Below, one piece after another: positions 39,393 through 49,261 of a stretch of DNA of 64,000 nt. Under the pieces are notes generated by a model. The model had not been told where the DNA came from, did no database searches, and saw nothing but the letters and a program-made list of their open reading frames with translations. Origin of the DNA: an uncultured virus (IMG/VR IMGVR_UViG_3300025889_017362) (taxonomy: Duplodnaviria; Heunggongvirae; Uroviricota; Caudoviricetes). The DNA lies in IMG/VR virus record IMGVR_UViG_3300025889_017362. One strand, given 5' to 3'. The position numbers and the translations under genes are program-made. The first letter of the stretch is position 1. Each line of letters starts with the position of its first letter.

Positions 39393-39950
39393 ATGAATTT
39401 TCAAATTGATAAAAAAAATACTTTGGAAGACTTTAGAGAGTTTGTAAAAAGGTTTGATACTAAACATAGTAATTATAAACCCAAACATTCTAAACGATTA
39501 GATACACCAACACCATATTTCATTCTGGATAGGATAAGGTCTCTGTATGCTTGGGTGTTAGAAAACTCTTTATTAGAGCTAAGAAGACACTACATACACG
39601 ATGATAAGGGTTTCAAAAAAGCCAGAGGGATGATGGATAACTACATCACCAATAAAATAAGAATGGCAAAAGATGGTCACCTCTATGTGAAGGTGAAAGA
39701 CATAGAGTTTAATGGTGATTTGGAGCAATACAAAGATTACATCATAAACAACAGAACTAAACTTTTTTCTTTGATGAGAATGATAGTGGATGAAATGAAT
39801 GATGTTTTTAGCGGCGAAGAAGAGGTTGATAATAATAAAGTCATACTAGTAGATGTTTCTGAAAGTAAGATAGAGCCATCACCTACTTATACAGAGTGGC
39901 TCAAAACTGTAGATAAACACAAGAAACTATTAGAAGAAATTGACTTATAG
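39393..39950 (+). CDS. Hypothetical protein
   Basis: 185-aa ORF with normal composition; no recognised motif. Confidence 0.6.
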   Translation: MNFQIDKKNTLEDFREFVKRFDTKHSNYKPKHSKRLDTPTPYFILDRIRSLYAWVLENSLLELRRHYIHDDKGFKKARGMMDNYITNKIRMAKDGHLYVKVKDIEFNGDLEQYKDYIINNRTKLFSLMRMIVDEMNDVFSGEEEVDNNKVILVDVSESKIEPSPTYTEWLKTVDKHKKLLEEIDL

Positions 39951-39963
39951 TAAAAGTAGATAA

Positions 39964-39971
39964 ATATTTAT
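39964..39971 (+). promoter_or_regulatory. Candidate late promoter
   Basis: ATATTTAT(A) in the gap 41 nt before ATG 40012. Confidence 0.55.
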
Positions 39972-39990
39972 AGAGTGGTTTACAAGAAAA

Positions 39991-41303
39991 AAACAAAATG
40001 TGGAAGAGAGAATGAAAATAGGCATTTCAAATTTAATAAGTGATTTGGTAGAGTCCACCGTAAGATCATTGAACGAGAAAAAAGAAAAGATTGATCCCGA
40101 TACAAGAGTTAAATACACTACACGTACCGGCAAAGATGGTGAAACAAGTTATAAGAACGCCCTGGCTTCTGATAAAGATTCCCCTCAATACAAAGCCGCT
40201 CTTGCTCTTAGAGATAAGGATTCTAAACAAGATGACGAAGATAAAAAATCAGAAAAACAAAAGAGAGATGCTGACGCTGAACGCGTTGATTCTTCAGATT
40301 TTGAAAAATTAGTGGGCGATGAGGAACCAGAAAGCGACAATACAAAAGATTTAGATCCAGAAATACAGTCAAGAATAGACCAGAATAAAGAAAGAATACA
40401 AAAGTTTCGTGAAGCAAGAGATAAGTTTGCGACTAAAGGTGATGATGGTATGATTGAATACGAAGATTACCTTGTAGACCAAATAGAAAACAATGAAGAA
40501 ATTATTGGTGATGCTCTTGATGAGATTTTAGACATTGAAGATGCTTTCGATGAAAAAAATCCTATAACTAGCTTTACAGGACAAGATTATGATGGTACAG
40601 GCCATAGGCTGTCAATGATTTCCTTAGCTGCTCGTTATCCCGATGGCAACACTTCTGATTTTCGTGTAGAGAGAATGAAGAAAAGATGTGAAGAGGGAGA
40701 CCCAAAGTATAAAAATGATTGTGAAAATTATAGTCCCAACGATACACCTACAGAAAAGGACATAGAAGCTTTCAAGAGATTACAAAAGAATCAACAACAA
40801 TCTCTTGTTGACATGGGGTTGGTTGATGAAGATGGTATGGTTACTGTGTATAGAGGCGCAGGTGGTATTGAGGGTGAAGGAAGTGTTGACTATAAAGGGT
40901 CAGCAGTAGATAGTTGGTCAATGAGTCCCACTATAGCTTGGAGCTATGCTGAAATAAACGATGGCAAAAACATTATGAAAGCCAAGGTACCTCTTGATAG
41001 AGTTATTATGGCTGCTGCTGCATCTACGAGAGAACAATTTGAATTCCCAAGTGAGTTTGAGGTAACTATAGATTCAATAGGTTTAGATAATGTAGAGTCA
41101 ATTAATTACGACTCTGATAAGAAAAAAATAATGGAAAGAAAAAACACTAAAAAAATTAAAGTGGATATTAATAATGATAATGATACAGATTGGCTGAGAA
41201 AAAATAGAAATAAACAAAAGCAAAATGTGGAAGAGAAAATGAAAATAGATATATCAAATTTAATAGGTAGTTTGGTAGATGCTACGGTGAAGTCATTGAA
41301 TGA
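39991..41303 (+). repeat. Imperfect ~85-bp direct repeat (about 39991-40076 and 41218-41303) spanning RBS and leader codons
   Basis: CAAAATGTGGAAGAGAGAATGAAAATAGGCATTTCAAATTTAATAAGTGATTTGGTAGA vs CAAAATGTGGAAGAGAAAATGAAAATAGATATATCAAATTTAATAGGTAGTTTGGTAGA. Confidence 0.85.
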
Positions 41304-43383
41304 AGCTCCAAAGGAACCAGATTCCAAGACAAGAATAAAAAAAGGTAAGGGAACAGTTTCTTATAAAACAGCCATTAGTTACACTGATGATGAACGTAAT
41401 GAAGATCCATCTAAAAAAGCAGCCTACGATGCTGCAGTGGCTTTACGTGATAAACCATCAGAAGATGATGTAACACCAACACAACAAACAACAGATACCG
41501 ATGATGGTGCAGCTGATGATGAAACAAGTGTGGGTGATGGAGGTCTTGATGCTTTAAAGGATAAAGGCCCAGATGATGAACAGAAAAAAGACGATGAGAG
41601 TTATCAGTGGTCACCAGAGGGTAGAGAGTCAACTGTTGATCAATTAAGACAAGTTGACACTAAGGTGGCTAAAGCATACGAAACTATGACAAAAGATGTT
41701 GAAGAAGAGTACAAAAAATTAGATGATGAGGGTAAACAAGAATTAACCAAAGTTATGACATTGGTCGATAAATCATTTTTAGGTAGTGAAGAAGAAAGAG
41801 CTTCTGCTCTATTTGATTTATTTTCTAACCATGACGCTGGTGTTTCAGAGAACAGAGAGAAATTTTATCTCAATTCTCTAAGAAAATTTGGTGGTGATTA
41901 CAAACTACTAGGACAGAGTGGTAATGCTGGTACAAGAGGTTTAGTATCTTTGGCAGAAAAATATTTGGATGCATCCCAACTCGGTGGAGGCGGCGATGAT
42001 AAATTAAAGAGAGTAAAACAATCATTAACCACAGCTGCAAAACCAGAATTAGAATCATCAGCAGACCTTTATAAAAAACAAAAAGGTAAATTTACAGATG
42101 AGATTGCAAATCCAGAATTAGAAAAAATATTTAACACACCTCCATTAGACAGAATAGATAACAAAAAGTTTCAATCTATTTTTTGCCCCATAGTCGATGG
42201 TAAGCCACTGGTGCCCAGCGGAGGTAAAAATTCAAAAGCATATTTGGAACAATCAATAAGTGAAAACACATCTTTAGATGCAACTATTGATGTAGCGAGA
42301 AAAGAGGTTGACGATGGTAATTTAAATCCAGAGTTTCTTTCCGCTCTTGAAAAACATAAAGAAAATATGCAAGACGTACTAAAAATGAAAATACCATCTA
42401 ATGAAGCATCACAGGCTGTTTCGGATTCATATGCAACTCTTTTTACTGAATTACATCAAGCAGATGCAGAGATGGCGCCAGCAGTTCTAAAACAATTTGC
42501 TGAAATGTCTTTATACGACTCAGAGTTGGCCAAAGGAGATCAAGCATATTTACCAAAGGATGGCTCTTTCCCTGCAGGCGATAAGTTAGTCATATCTAAG
42601 GCAGGTAAAGGTTCAACGGAGTTAGTATCTTTTATATCTGTAAAATATGGTAAATCTGGCGATGTGTATGGTTGTCCAGCAAATGCATCTGCCTTACAAA
42701 CCCTTCATCCCGATGAGGAAAAAAGAGATGTTTTGGGTTCTTACATTGGACAGCCCGGCTATACTCTTGCTATAAAAGATGAGCTGATAGAAAATCCTGC
42801 AGCATACATAAGAGAAAACTTGAAAGAACAAATGAAATCTGATTCTAGTTTAAAAGGTTTGTTTAGTGATGGTGAAATTGAAGAGATTGGTAATGTAATA
42901 AGTGAATACAAAGAATTGGTAGATAAGTTTTTAGAAAAAAATACAGGTAAAGATAGATGGGCCGCGCTACAAAAATATTTAAATAAGAATAGGAATGTTA
43001 AAAAGTTAAATGATAGATTAAAAAAAGTAGCTACTCAAGAGAAGATGGCAAAATTAGTTGGTAAGGCTAATGCAAATTCCAGATTCAACAACAACCTAAA
43101 CCCTGCAACATTTATTTCGGCGTTAGCCACAACAAATCAAATAAGAACATCTGATGGCTATAAAGGAGTCGAGCACAACAAACAATACATAGATAATGGA
43201 AAAGCAAAATCAAGTACAGTGCCAGGCGAAAATAATATGGACAAGTGGTATTTAGCACCTCGTATGTATAGGACAGCAGGCCGTAATGGTGGAGGTATTC
43301 AGTTATCTTTTATCGGTGACGAATTAGCAGAGAAAGGTGAAAGAATAGGAATACTGCCTTCTGATAATCCGCCCAAGTCGTAA
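40012..43383 (+). CDS. Two-unit putative virion-packaged effector: ADP-ribosyltransferase-like domain plus PD-(D/E)xK-like domain
   Basis: Leader MKIxISNLIxxLVxxTVxSLNE at 40012 and again at 41239; unit 1 VTVYRG...DSWSMS...SEFEV (R-S-E ART); unit 2 SFPAGDKL...FISVKYG; start moved from GTG 40000 to ATG 40012 based on the repeat. Confidence 0.7.
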   Translation: MKIGISNLISDLVESTVRSLNEKKEKIDPDTRVKYTTRTGKDGETSYKNALASDKDSPQYKAALALRDKDSKQDDEDKKSEKQKRDADAERVDSSDFEKLVGDEEPESDNTKDLDPEIQSRIDQNKERIQKFREARDKFATKGDDGMIEYEDYLVDQIENNEEIIGDALDEILDIEDAFDEKNPITSFTGQDYDGTGHRLSMISLAARYPDGNTSDFRVERMKKRCEEGDPKYKNDCENYSPNDTPTEKDIEAFKRLQKNQQQSLVDMGLVDEDGMVTVYRGAGGIEGEGSVDYKGSAVDSWSMSPTIAWSYAEINDGKNIMKAKVPLDRVIMAAAASTREQFEFPSEFEVTIDSIGLDNVESINYDSDKKKIMERKNTKKIKVDINNDNDTDWLRKNRNKQKQNVEEKMKIDISNLIGSLVDATVKSLNEAPKEPDSKTRIKKGKGTVSYKTAISYTDDERNEDPSKKAAYDAAVALRDKPSEDDVTPTQQTTDTDDGAADDETSVGDGGLDALKDKGPDDEQKKDDESYQWSPEGRESTVDQLRQVDTKVAKAYETMTKDVEEEYKKLDDEGKQELTKVMTLVDKSFLGSEEERASALFDLFSNHDAGVSENREKFYLNSLRKFGGDYKLLGQSGNAGTRGLVSLAEKYLDASQLGGGGDDKLKRVKQSLTTAAKPELESSADLYKKQKGKFTDEIANPELEKIFNTPPLDRIDNKKFQSIFCPIVDGKPLVPSGGKNSKAYLEQSISENTSLDATIDVARKEVDDGNLNPEFLSALEKHKENMQDVLKMKIPSNEASQAVSDSYATLFTELHQADAEMAPAVLKQFAEMSLYDSELAKGDQAYLPKDGSFPAGDKLVISKAGKGSTELVSFISVKYGKSGDVYGCPANASALQTLHPDEEKRDVLGSYIGQPGYTLAIKDELIENPAAYIRENLKEQMKSDSSLKGLFSDGEIEEIGNVISEYKELVDKFLEKNTGKDRWAALQKYLNKNRNVKKLNDRLKKVATQEKMAKLVGKANANSRFNNNLNPATFISALATTNQIRTSDGYKGVEHNKQYIDNGKAKSSTVPGENNMDKWYLAPRMYRTAGRNGGGIQLSFIGDELAEKGERIGILPSDNPPKS

Positions 43384-43433
43384 AAGTTTAGTAAAACACT
43401 CATTTTTATTATAATAGATAGAAAGGTTCAACA

Positions 43434-43859
43434 ATGGACTATATAAAAGACACATTGCTATTAGCTACGTTTTGTAAGGCCAGAAATGTTAGAACCACTA
43501 TCGACCTTATCATGGATAATTTTGAGTTAGTGGGAAATAAGATTTTTGTTTTACAAGACGAATCAGATAAGTATAAAAAGATTCTTACTTACAACATTGT
43601 AAAGAGTGATACACTTTTTAGCAACATTGTAAAGAATACAATCTCTTTACATCGTAAAAAAGAAATCAACTCTCTTTATACACTAAATGCTCTCAACGAA
43701 GTTATCCGTAGTCAAAACAACGGTGAATTAGATGAAAAGTTTTCTGTTGATTGGGAACAATACAGAAACACTGTTTTGGTTACGTATAAAGAAGATGATG
43801 GCACAAATGTTTTGAGAAAGATAAATACACGACTTATCAGTGTGGTCAATGTTGACTAA
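43434..43859 (+). CDS. Hypothetical phage protein, probably conserved
   Basis: LLATFC, ILTYN, TISLHRKKEINSLYTLNALN, VDWEQYRN resemble a family I recall from large myophages (recall, not searched); SD AAAGG; TATAAT at 43410. Confidence 0.7.
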   Translation: MDYIKDTLLLATFCKARNVRTTIDLIMDNFELVGNKIFVLQDESDKYKKILTYNIVKSDTLFSNIVKNTISLHRKKEINSLYTLNALNEVIRSQNNGELDEKFSVDWEQYRNTVLVTYKEDDGTNVLRKINTRLISVVNVD

Positions 43860-43886
43860 AAGGTTTTGTAAAATGAAAGGTTATTT

Positions 43887-46310
43887 ATGCTCACTAAGGA
43901 CACCCTTGCGTCAGTTATCATCGTTGCAGAAAACAATGGTGATGATGAAGTATTCAACGTATACAAGAATGTAATAGAAGGCACACATAAAAATTTAGAT
44001 GTTATTGTATCTTCTTTTCGTGACGAGCAAGACACGAAAGATTTACAAGCACGTTGTGCAGAGTTAAAACTAGATACACGTTGGGTCTTTCATCAACCCT
44101 CCTCCAACTTCATCAAAGAGCTAACTGATTTAGCCGAAGGTGAAGTAGTTTTCTATAAAACTTGTAATAACATATTGTGGTATCCAAGACACATTTCTGT
44201 ACACCTTGATGGATTCAATTCTGACAAAGGTGCAAAGTGGGCCTTGTCTCATACAGAAAATAGAAACATAGATGCTGCGGATAGTCCATTCAATACACTT
44301 AGTTTTCGTATTGATAACCCACCCAAACCAGACCAAATTACTTTAGATGAAATCTGCCATATCAAAGGTGTAGAAACCGATTGGTCTCAGTGTATTGTTG
44401 ATAAGGATGGCACTCCACTATTCTACGCTGGTTATTCAATCAAGCAATGGATTCAAGCAAAACACCGAGGCACAATACCTCCAGAAATAACTATCATTCA
44501 GTGGTCATCACCTAATGGCTCACAACCAACCAAAGGAAACTTAGAGGAGTTGTATGGTCAAGTTGGTGTGCCAGTAAAAACTGAAATAGCTGAAGATGTT
44601 GTTGAAACAGAAGATGGTATTGAGGTGGTAAGGTCTTTTCCCACTATTGTTGGAAACTATTATCTAAGAGAATATTCTGAGAGCATTCTAAAGGTGGTGC
44701 AAGAAACAGAGGATGTGAATAGTATCGCTATCAAGAGGACAATGGGTATGGGGGATGTTGTTTTGGTAGAGCCCATTATTAGAAAACTAAAATCAAAGTT
44801 TCCTAACACACCCATCACTCTGTATACAGCAAAGCCAGAGATAGTAGAGTTTTTCAAGAATAAACCAGATAAAGTTGAAACAATTGATGGTAATGAGTTA
44901 GTAAAAGATTATTTGGGAGAAAATGCTCCAGAGCAAGTAAAGATAGATTTAGACCTATCATACGAGAGTAGAAACAACTGCCAGTTTATTGATGCTTACG
45001 CTAAGGTTGCTGGTGTAGAGTTTGATAGTCAAGAAGACAAACACGTTGAGTTGGTTTGTGATGATGATAGGTTGGTAGAAGATAAGTATGTTGTTTTGGT
45101 TGCCGATGGAAGTGGATGGCCAGGCAAAAGCTGGCCGATGGAAAGATACACTGAAGTAGTTGAATACATAAACTCAATGGGTTATAAAGTTTTTCAGCCA
45201 GGCTTTCAACACACAGAAAATGGTGAGATAGAATATCGTGGTTGTGACCTAAAGACAATGGTCAATCTACTTTCACATTGTGAGTTTTATGTAGGAACAG
45301 ACAATGGGCCTATGCATATTGCTCGTGGTCTAAATAAACCATGTATTGCATTGAATGGCGCTGCTCTTACTTATTTGAGTAATCCTAATAGAGAAAACAT
45401 TGTCTATGTTGAGAATAAGGTAAATGGTGGTTATGGTGTAAAACACCGCACATTCTTCAACATGACGGAATCTGGTATTACTTTTGTGCCTGTTTTTGAA
45501 GAAGACCCATCAAGTGGCCTAAACTCTATTGAGGTTGAGGATGTAAAAAACTCTATCAATAAGTTGTTTAGTGAATACAATGGAAAGACCTATGCCATGA
45601 ATATTGGTGGCACTTTGGTGAAGAGAGATGTAGCTCCTGGCTTTATCTATTACAAAGACGATGATGGAAACTTTCACAGAGAAAGACCATTTTATCACCC
45701 CGACCAAAGATTAAACATCTCTCAAATTTATTCTGAAGAAACAAGCAATCTATGGAAGAATAACTTTGAGCCAGTCTTCAAGCAAATCAAAGAAGATGGT
45801 TTTGATAAAGATGCTAACATTCTTGATGCTGGTTGCAACATGGGAATCTTTATAAACGGGATGGTTAGTAATGGTTTTACAAATGTAAAGGGGTTTGACA
45901 TAAATAGATTTTCTGTTGAAAAGGGTAGGGATGAGTATAAAAACATTGCTGAAAGTATTATAATAAGGGACATTACTAAGAGCCTCGGTAAGAATGAGTA
46001 TGATGTTATTTTATTGAGTGATGTTTTATCCTATGTAGGTAGACCCGAAAAACTATTACAAAATACATTTGATGCCTTGAAAGATAATGGCGTTGCCTAC
46101 CTCAATAACATCAGTATTGAGAATGATAGTTTTAGGTTTGACCCAAGAGGATGGCCTGCTATTGGAAATGGTGAGACAATAACACTATACAGTAAGTTGG
46201 GTTTAGAAAAGATGCTTGATAAGATTGGTTTTACTTTTGAAGATTATGGTGAGTGGGAGGATGAGCAACGAGGCGAAATGACCTTTCTCAAACTAAGGAA
46301 GAAGACATGA
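43887..46310 (+). CDS. Multidomain GT-A-like + GT9 glycosyltransferase + class I SAM methyltransferase fusion
   Basis: ASVII...WYPRHI (degenerate GT2); KRTMGMGDVV, KSWPMERY, YVGTDNGPMHIARGLNKP (GT9); ILDAGCNMG, GFDIN, YDVI..DVLSY, LKDNG (MTase). Confidence 0.85.
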   Translation: MLTKDTLASVIIVAENNGDDEVFNVYKNVIEGTHKNLDVIVSSFRDEQDTKDLQARCAELKLDTRWVFHQPSSNFIKELTDLAEGEVVFYKTCNNILWYPRHISVHLDGFNSDKGAKWALSHTENRNIDAADSPFNTLSFRIDNPPKPDQITLDEICHIKGVETDWSQCIVDKDGTPLFYAGYSIKQWIQAKHRGTIPPEITIIQWSSPNGSQPTKGNLEELYGQVGVPVKTEIAEDVVETEDGIEVVRSFPTIVGNYYLREYSESILKVVQETEDVNSIAIKRTMGMGDVVLVEPIIRKLKSKFPNTPITLYTAKPEIVEFFKNKPDKVETIDGNELVKDYLGENAPEQVKIDLDLSYESRNNCQFIDAYAKVAGVEFDSQEDKHVELVCDDDRLVEDKYVVLVADGSGWPGKSWPMERYTEVVEYINSMGYKVFQPGFQHTENGEIEYRGCDLKTMVNLLSHCEFYVGTDNGPMHIARGLNKPCIALNGAALTYLSNPNRENIVYVENKVNGGYGVKHRTFFNMTESGITFVPVFEEDPSSGLNSIEVEDVKNSINKLFSEYNGKTYAMNIGGTLVKRDVAPGFIYYKDDDGNFHRERPFYHPDQRLNISQIYSEETSNLWKNNFEPVFKQIKEDGFDKDANILDAGCNMGIFINGMVSNGFTNVKGFDINRFSVEKGRDEYKNIAESIIIRDITKSLGKNEYDVILLSDVLSYVGRPEKLLQNTFDALKDNGVAYLNNISIENDSFRFDPRGWPAIGNGETITLYSKLGLEKMLDKIGFTFEDYGEWEDEQRGEMTFLKLRKKT

Positions 46311-46768
46311 CATTCGGATACTACTTAGACACACTTATTATCAATGAAGTCAGAAGACAAAAACTTGAAGGTGAGTTATCAATTTCAGTGAAAGAAAGCC
46401 TAAAGGAGCAAAATGGGTGGTTGTTGAATTCTATCGCTGAGGCTATTATTGATACAAGGGCCGGTGAAAAGCCAGGCATTTTCGCTAAACACAAACAGTA
46501 TGATAAGAATGTAAAGAAAGATAGGGGTGATAACCTAATAGAGTTGATATACACTCTCTATCTTAGACACTGCTCTCTGTGGGATTTAGAGGACATTCGT
46601 AGAGATAAAAATAATACGGATAAAAGTAGGCTTGAGGCTGCTGATAAAGTCAGTGTGGTAAATAAACAGAGAAATGATTTGGTTGAAAGAATAGACGAGG
46701 TAGTCAATAACTCTTTGATGTTGGCGAGGCTTTGGTCTAATTCCACTAAAATCAAAATCGGTGTGTAA
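46307..46768 (+). CDS. DUF4254-like helical protein
   Basis: LWDLEDIRR...VNKQRNDLVERID motif; adjacent to a GT9. Confidence 0.65.
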   Translation: MTFGYYLDTLIINEVRRQKLEGELSISVKESLKEQNGWLLNSIAEAIIDTRAGEKPGIFAKHKQYDKNVKKDRGDNLIELIYTLYLRHCSLWDLEDIRRDKNNTDKSRLEAADKVSVVNKQRNDLVERIDEVVNNSLMLARLWSNSTKIKIGV

Positions 46769-47682
46769 TGAAAAAAGTAGTCATCACAGGAAGTAATGGT
46801 CAACTTGTTTCAGACATAAGAGAATGTCTAAAAAATAAAAAAGACCTTTACGACATTTATTGTTTTGATAGGGAGACACTTGATGTCACCAACAAGGGTG
46901 ATGTAGAAAAAGTATTCTCTGAGCTTAATCCAGATGTTTGGATACAAGGCGCTAGTTATCATGTTGTTGAACAGATAAACAATAACCCTAATGTTGCTTG
47001 TGGTGTAAACATAACTTCACTACACTACATCTCTAATCTTTGTAATGAGTATGATACCACTCTAATAAACTTTTCAACAAATTATGTATTTAGTGGTAAG
47101 AGAATGCCAACTGCTGGTTTTGATGGATTAGAACACTATAATGAGATGGATACACCAAATCCCGTAAATCTTTATGGCATTCTAAAGTTTGCTGGAGAAA
47201 AGGTTGTTTCTACTACAGCCAAGAAGTTTTACAACATAAGAGTTTCTGGACTATTCTCAAAACAAGGTAGTAGAGCAAAGGCTGGAAAGTGTTTTCCAAG
47301 TATTATACTAAATGCTTTGGATACAAAAGGCACTGCTGATGTAGTTGCTGACCAAGTTATCAACCTTACCTATACACCCACCGCCGCTCGTTGGGTAGAA
47401 AAAATGATAAGACAAGAAGGTGATAGAGTTTATGGCACTTATCATTTAGTAAATAAAGACAACCTTACTTGGTATGATGCAGCCAAAATTATGGCAAAAC
47501 ATCTTGGTAAAGAAGATGCTATAAAAAAGATTACAACAGAGGATTTTTATACTAACCTACAGAGACCATTATGGACACCACTAAACCCCACTAAATTAGA
47601 AAGAGCATTTGGTGAGGGTGAAAAAATACCTACTTTTGAAGAAGACATACAAAAATACCTAAAAGAAATTGGAAGACTATAA
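46768..47682 (+). CDS. rmlD: RmlD-like NDP-4-keto-sugar reductase
   Basis: ITGSNGQL, LDVT, FSTNYVFSG, PNPVNLYGILKFAGE, VVADQ, GTYHL, QRP. Confidence 0.8.
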   Translation: MKKVVITGSNGQLVSDIRECLKNKKDLYDIYCFDRETLDVTNKGDVEKVFSELNPDVWIQGASYHVVEQINNNPNVACGVNITSLHYISNLCNEYDTTLINFSTNYVFSGKRMPTAGFDGLEHYNEMDTPNPVNLYGILKFAGEKVVSTTAKKFYNIRVSGLFSKQGSRAKAGKCFPSIILNALDTKGTADVVADQVINLTYTPTAARWVEKMIRQEGDRVYGTYHLVNKDNLTWYDAAKIMAKHLGKEDAIKKITTEDFYTNLQRPLWTPLNPTKLERAFGEGEKIPTFEEDIQKYLKEIGRL

Positions 47683-48125
47683 TGATAAGATTTCTCCTAG
47701 ATTTGGATAACACGTTAGTAAAAACCAATGGTAGTGATTATAAAAACTCAACTCCTATTCCAGAGGCCGTAGAAAAGGTTAGAGCATATAAAAAGAGAGG
47801 CGACCACATCATTATAATGACTGCACGTGGCGCTTCTTCCAAAACTGATTGGAGAGAGTTTACAGCAAAACAATTAGATGAGTTTGGTATTCCATACGAC
47901 CAGTTGATTGTGGGTCTAAAGCCTGGCGGCATAGATTATTTCATAGATGATAAAGCTGTGAATGCTAATGATTGGTTGGAAAACGAAGAAGAAGCTCTGA
48001 AGAAGGTCAAAACAAAAGAGCATACATCTGGTGTGCAGACATTTGACCCGCTATTTCCATATGCTCGTAGCATACTAGATGAGTTAGGTGTTGACCCAAG
48101 CAAGTATAGTAAACGGGAAGAATAA
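47682..48125 (+). CDS. HAD-superfamily phosphatase (capsule-biosynthesis EcbF-like)
   Basis: DLDNTL, IMTARG, IPYDQL..KP, FIDDKA. Confidence 0.85.
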   Translation: MIRFLLDLDNTLVKTNGSDYKNSTPIPEAVEKVRAYKKRGDHIIIMTARGASSKTDWREFTAKQLDEFGIPYDQLIVGLKPGGIDYFIDDKAVNANDWLENEEEALKKVKTKEHTSGVQTFDPLFPYARSILDELGVDPSKYSKREE

Positions 48126-48691
48126 TGTTTATAGAACATTTTTATGAAGACATCTTTGGTTATAGTGATGACACTTATCTCAACATTATAAGGGATGTTG
48201 TAAAAAGATTTCCAAGTGGCTCTCATTTTGTAGAGGTGGGAGCTTTGCTCGGAAGAAGTAGCGCCTTTTTAGCCGTAGAGATTGTCAACTCTGGAAAAGA
48301 TATAAAGTTTGATGTTGTTGACCATTGGCTTGGCAGCGAAGAGCATAAGAATGTTGAGAGATTACAAGATATAGATATGTTTGAAGAGTTTACTAAAAAC
48401 ATGAAACCAGTAGAGAAGTATTATAATGCAGTTAGAAAATCTTCCATAGAAGCTGCTTCACTCTATGAAGATGAAAGTTTAGAGTTTGTTATGATTGATG
48501 GAGACCACTCTCAATCAGCCGTAGAGAATGACATAGCAAGTTGGTTACCAAAAATAAAAAGTGGTGGATTACTTGCAGGTGATGATTATGAAGATGCGGG
48601 TGTTCGAGCGGCTTGTGAGAAGTTACTACAAAACAACACAGAAGGTGAATTTAGTTTCTGGTCAACGAAATGGTTTTTCAATAAGGGGTAA
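48125..48691 (+). CDS. Class I SAM methyltransferase (Methyltransf_24-like)
   Basis: FVEVGALLGRSS, VDHWLGS, VMIDGDH, WLPKIKSGGLLAGDDY. Confidence 0.9.
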   Translation: MFIEHFYEDIFGYSDDTYLNIIRDVVKRFPSGSHFVEVGALLGRSSAFLAVEIVNSGKDIKFDVVDHWLGSEEHKNVERLQDIDMFEEFTKNMKPVEKYYNAVRKSSIEAASLYEDESLEFVMIDGDHSQSAVENDIASWLPKIKSGGLLAGDDYEDAGVRAACEKLLQNNTEGEFSFWSTKWFFNKG

Positions 48692-48694
48692 AAA

Positions 48695-49261
48695 ATGAGT
48701 CAGCCAGCAGATGAAATGAGATACGGTGGTAGATACCACTTGGACGATAGAGGTCAAAGGTATTGTGATATTTTTCCAGAGATAGAACACGGTGGCGATA
48801 TCAATGTTTCTGTTATAGAGCCTGGCGCTACTGCTCTTTGGCATAGACATAGAAGACAAGCTGATTATCAACTAGTAGTCAAGGGAAGTCTAAAGGTTGG
48901 TATGTGTAATCTACCTAATTTAGCTTATGACGCTTCCAAGTTTTCTGATAAAGAGATTGTCAACATAGATAAGGCACAAAAAGAAGCTGTAGATAGTTGG
49001 CATGAGATTTGGAATGAAAGACCAACACTACAACGGGATTGGAGTTTGGAAGATCCACAGATACAGTGGCATTATCTTACTGAAAGAAACGCTTGTCAAG
49101 GCCCGTTGTTTATTCCAACTGGTTTATGGCATGGTTGTCATAACTATACGAACGAGCCTGCTATTCTTATTTATCACATTACTAGTAAGTATGATGGGAC
49201 AGATGAAGAAAGACTCGACCCGTTTTTTGCTCAGTGGGATTGGAAGAGAGTAGATAAGTAA
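48695..49261 (+). CDS. RmlC-like cupin sugar 3,5-epimerase
   Basis: DDRG, INVS..PG...WHRH, LFIPTGLWHG, IYHITSKYD..DEER. Confidence 0.8.
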   Translation: MSQPADEMRYGGRYHLDDRGQRYCDIFPEIEHGGDINVSVIEPGATALWHRHRRQADYQLVVKGSLKVGMCNLPNLAYDASKFSDKEIVNIDKAQKEAVDSWHEIWNERPTLQRDWSLEDPQIQWHYLTERNACQGPLFIPTGLWHGCHNYTNEPAILIYHITSKYDGTDEERLDPFFAQWDWKRVDK

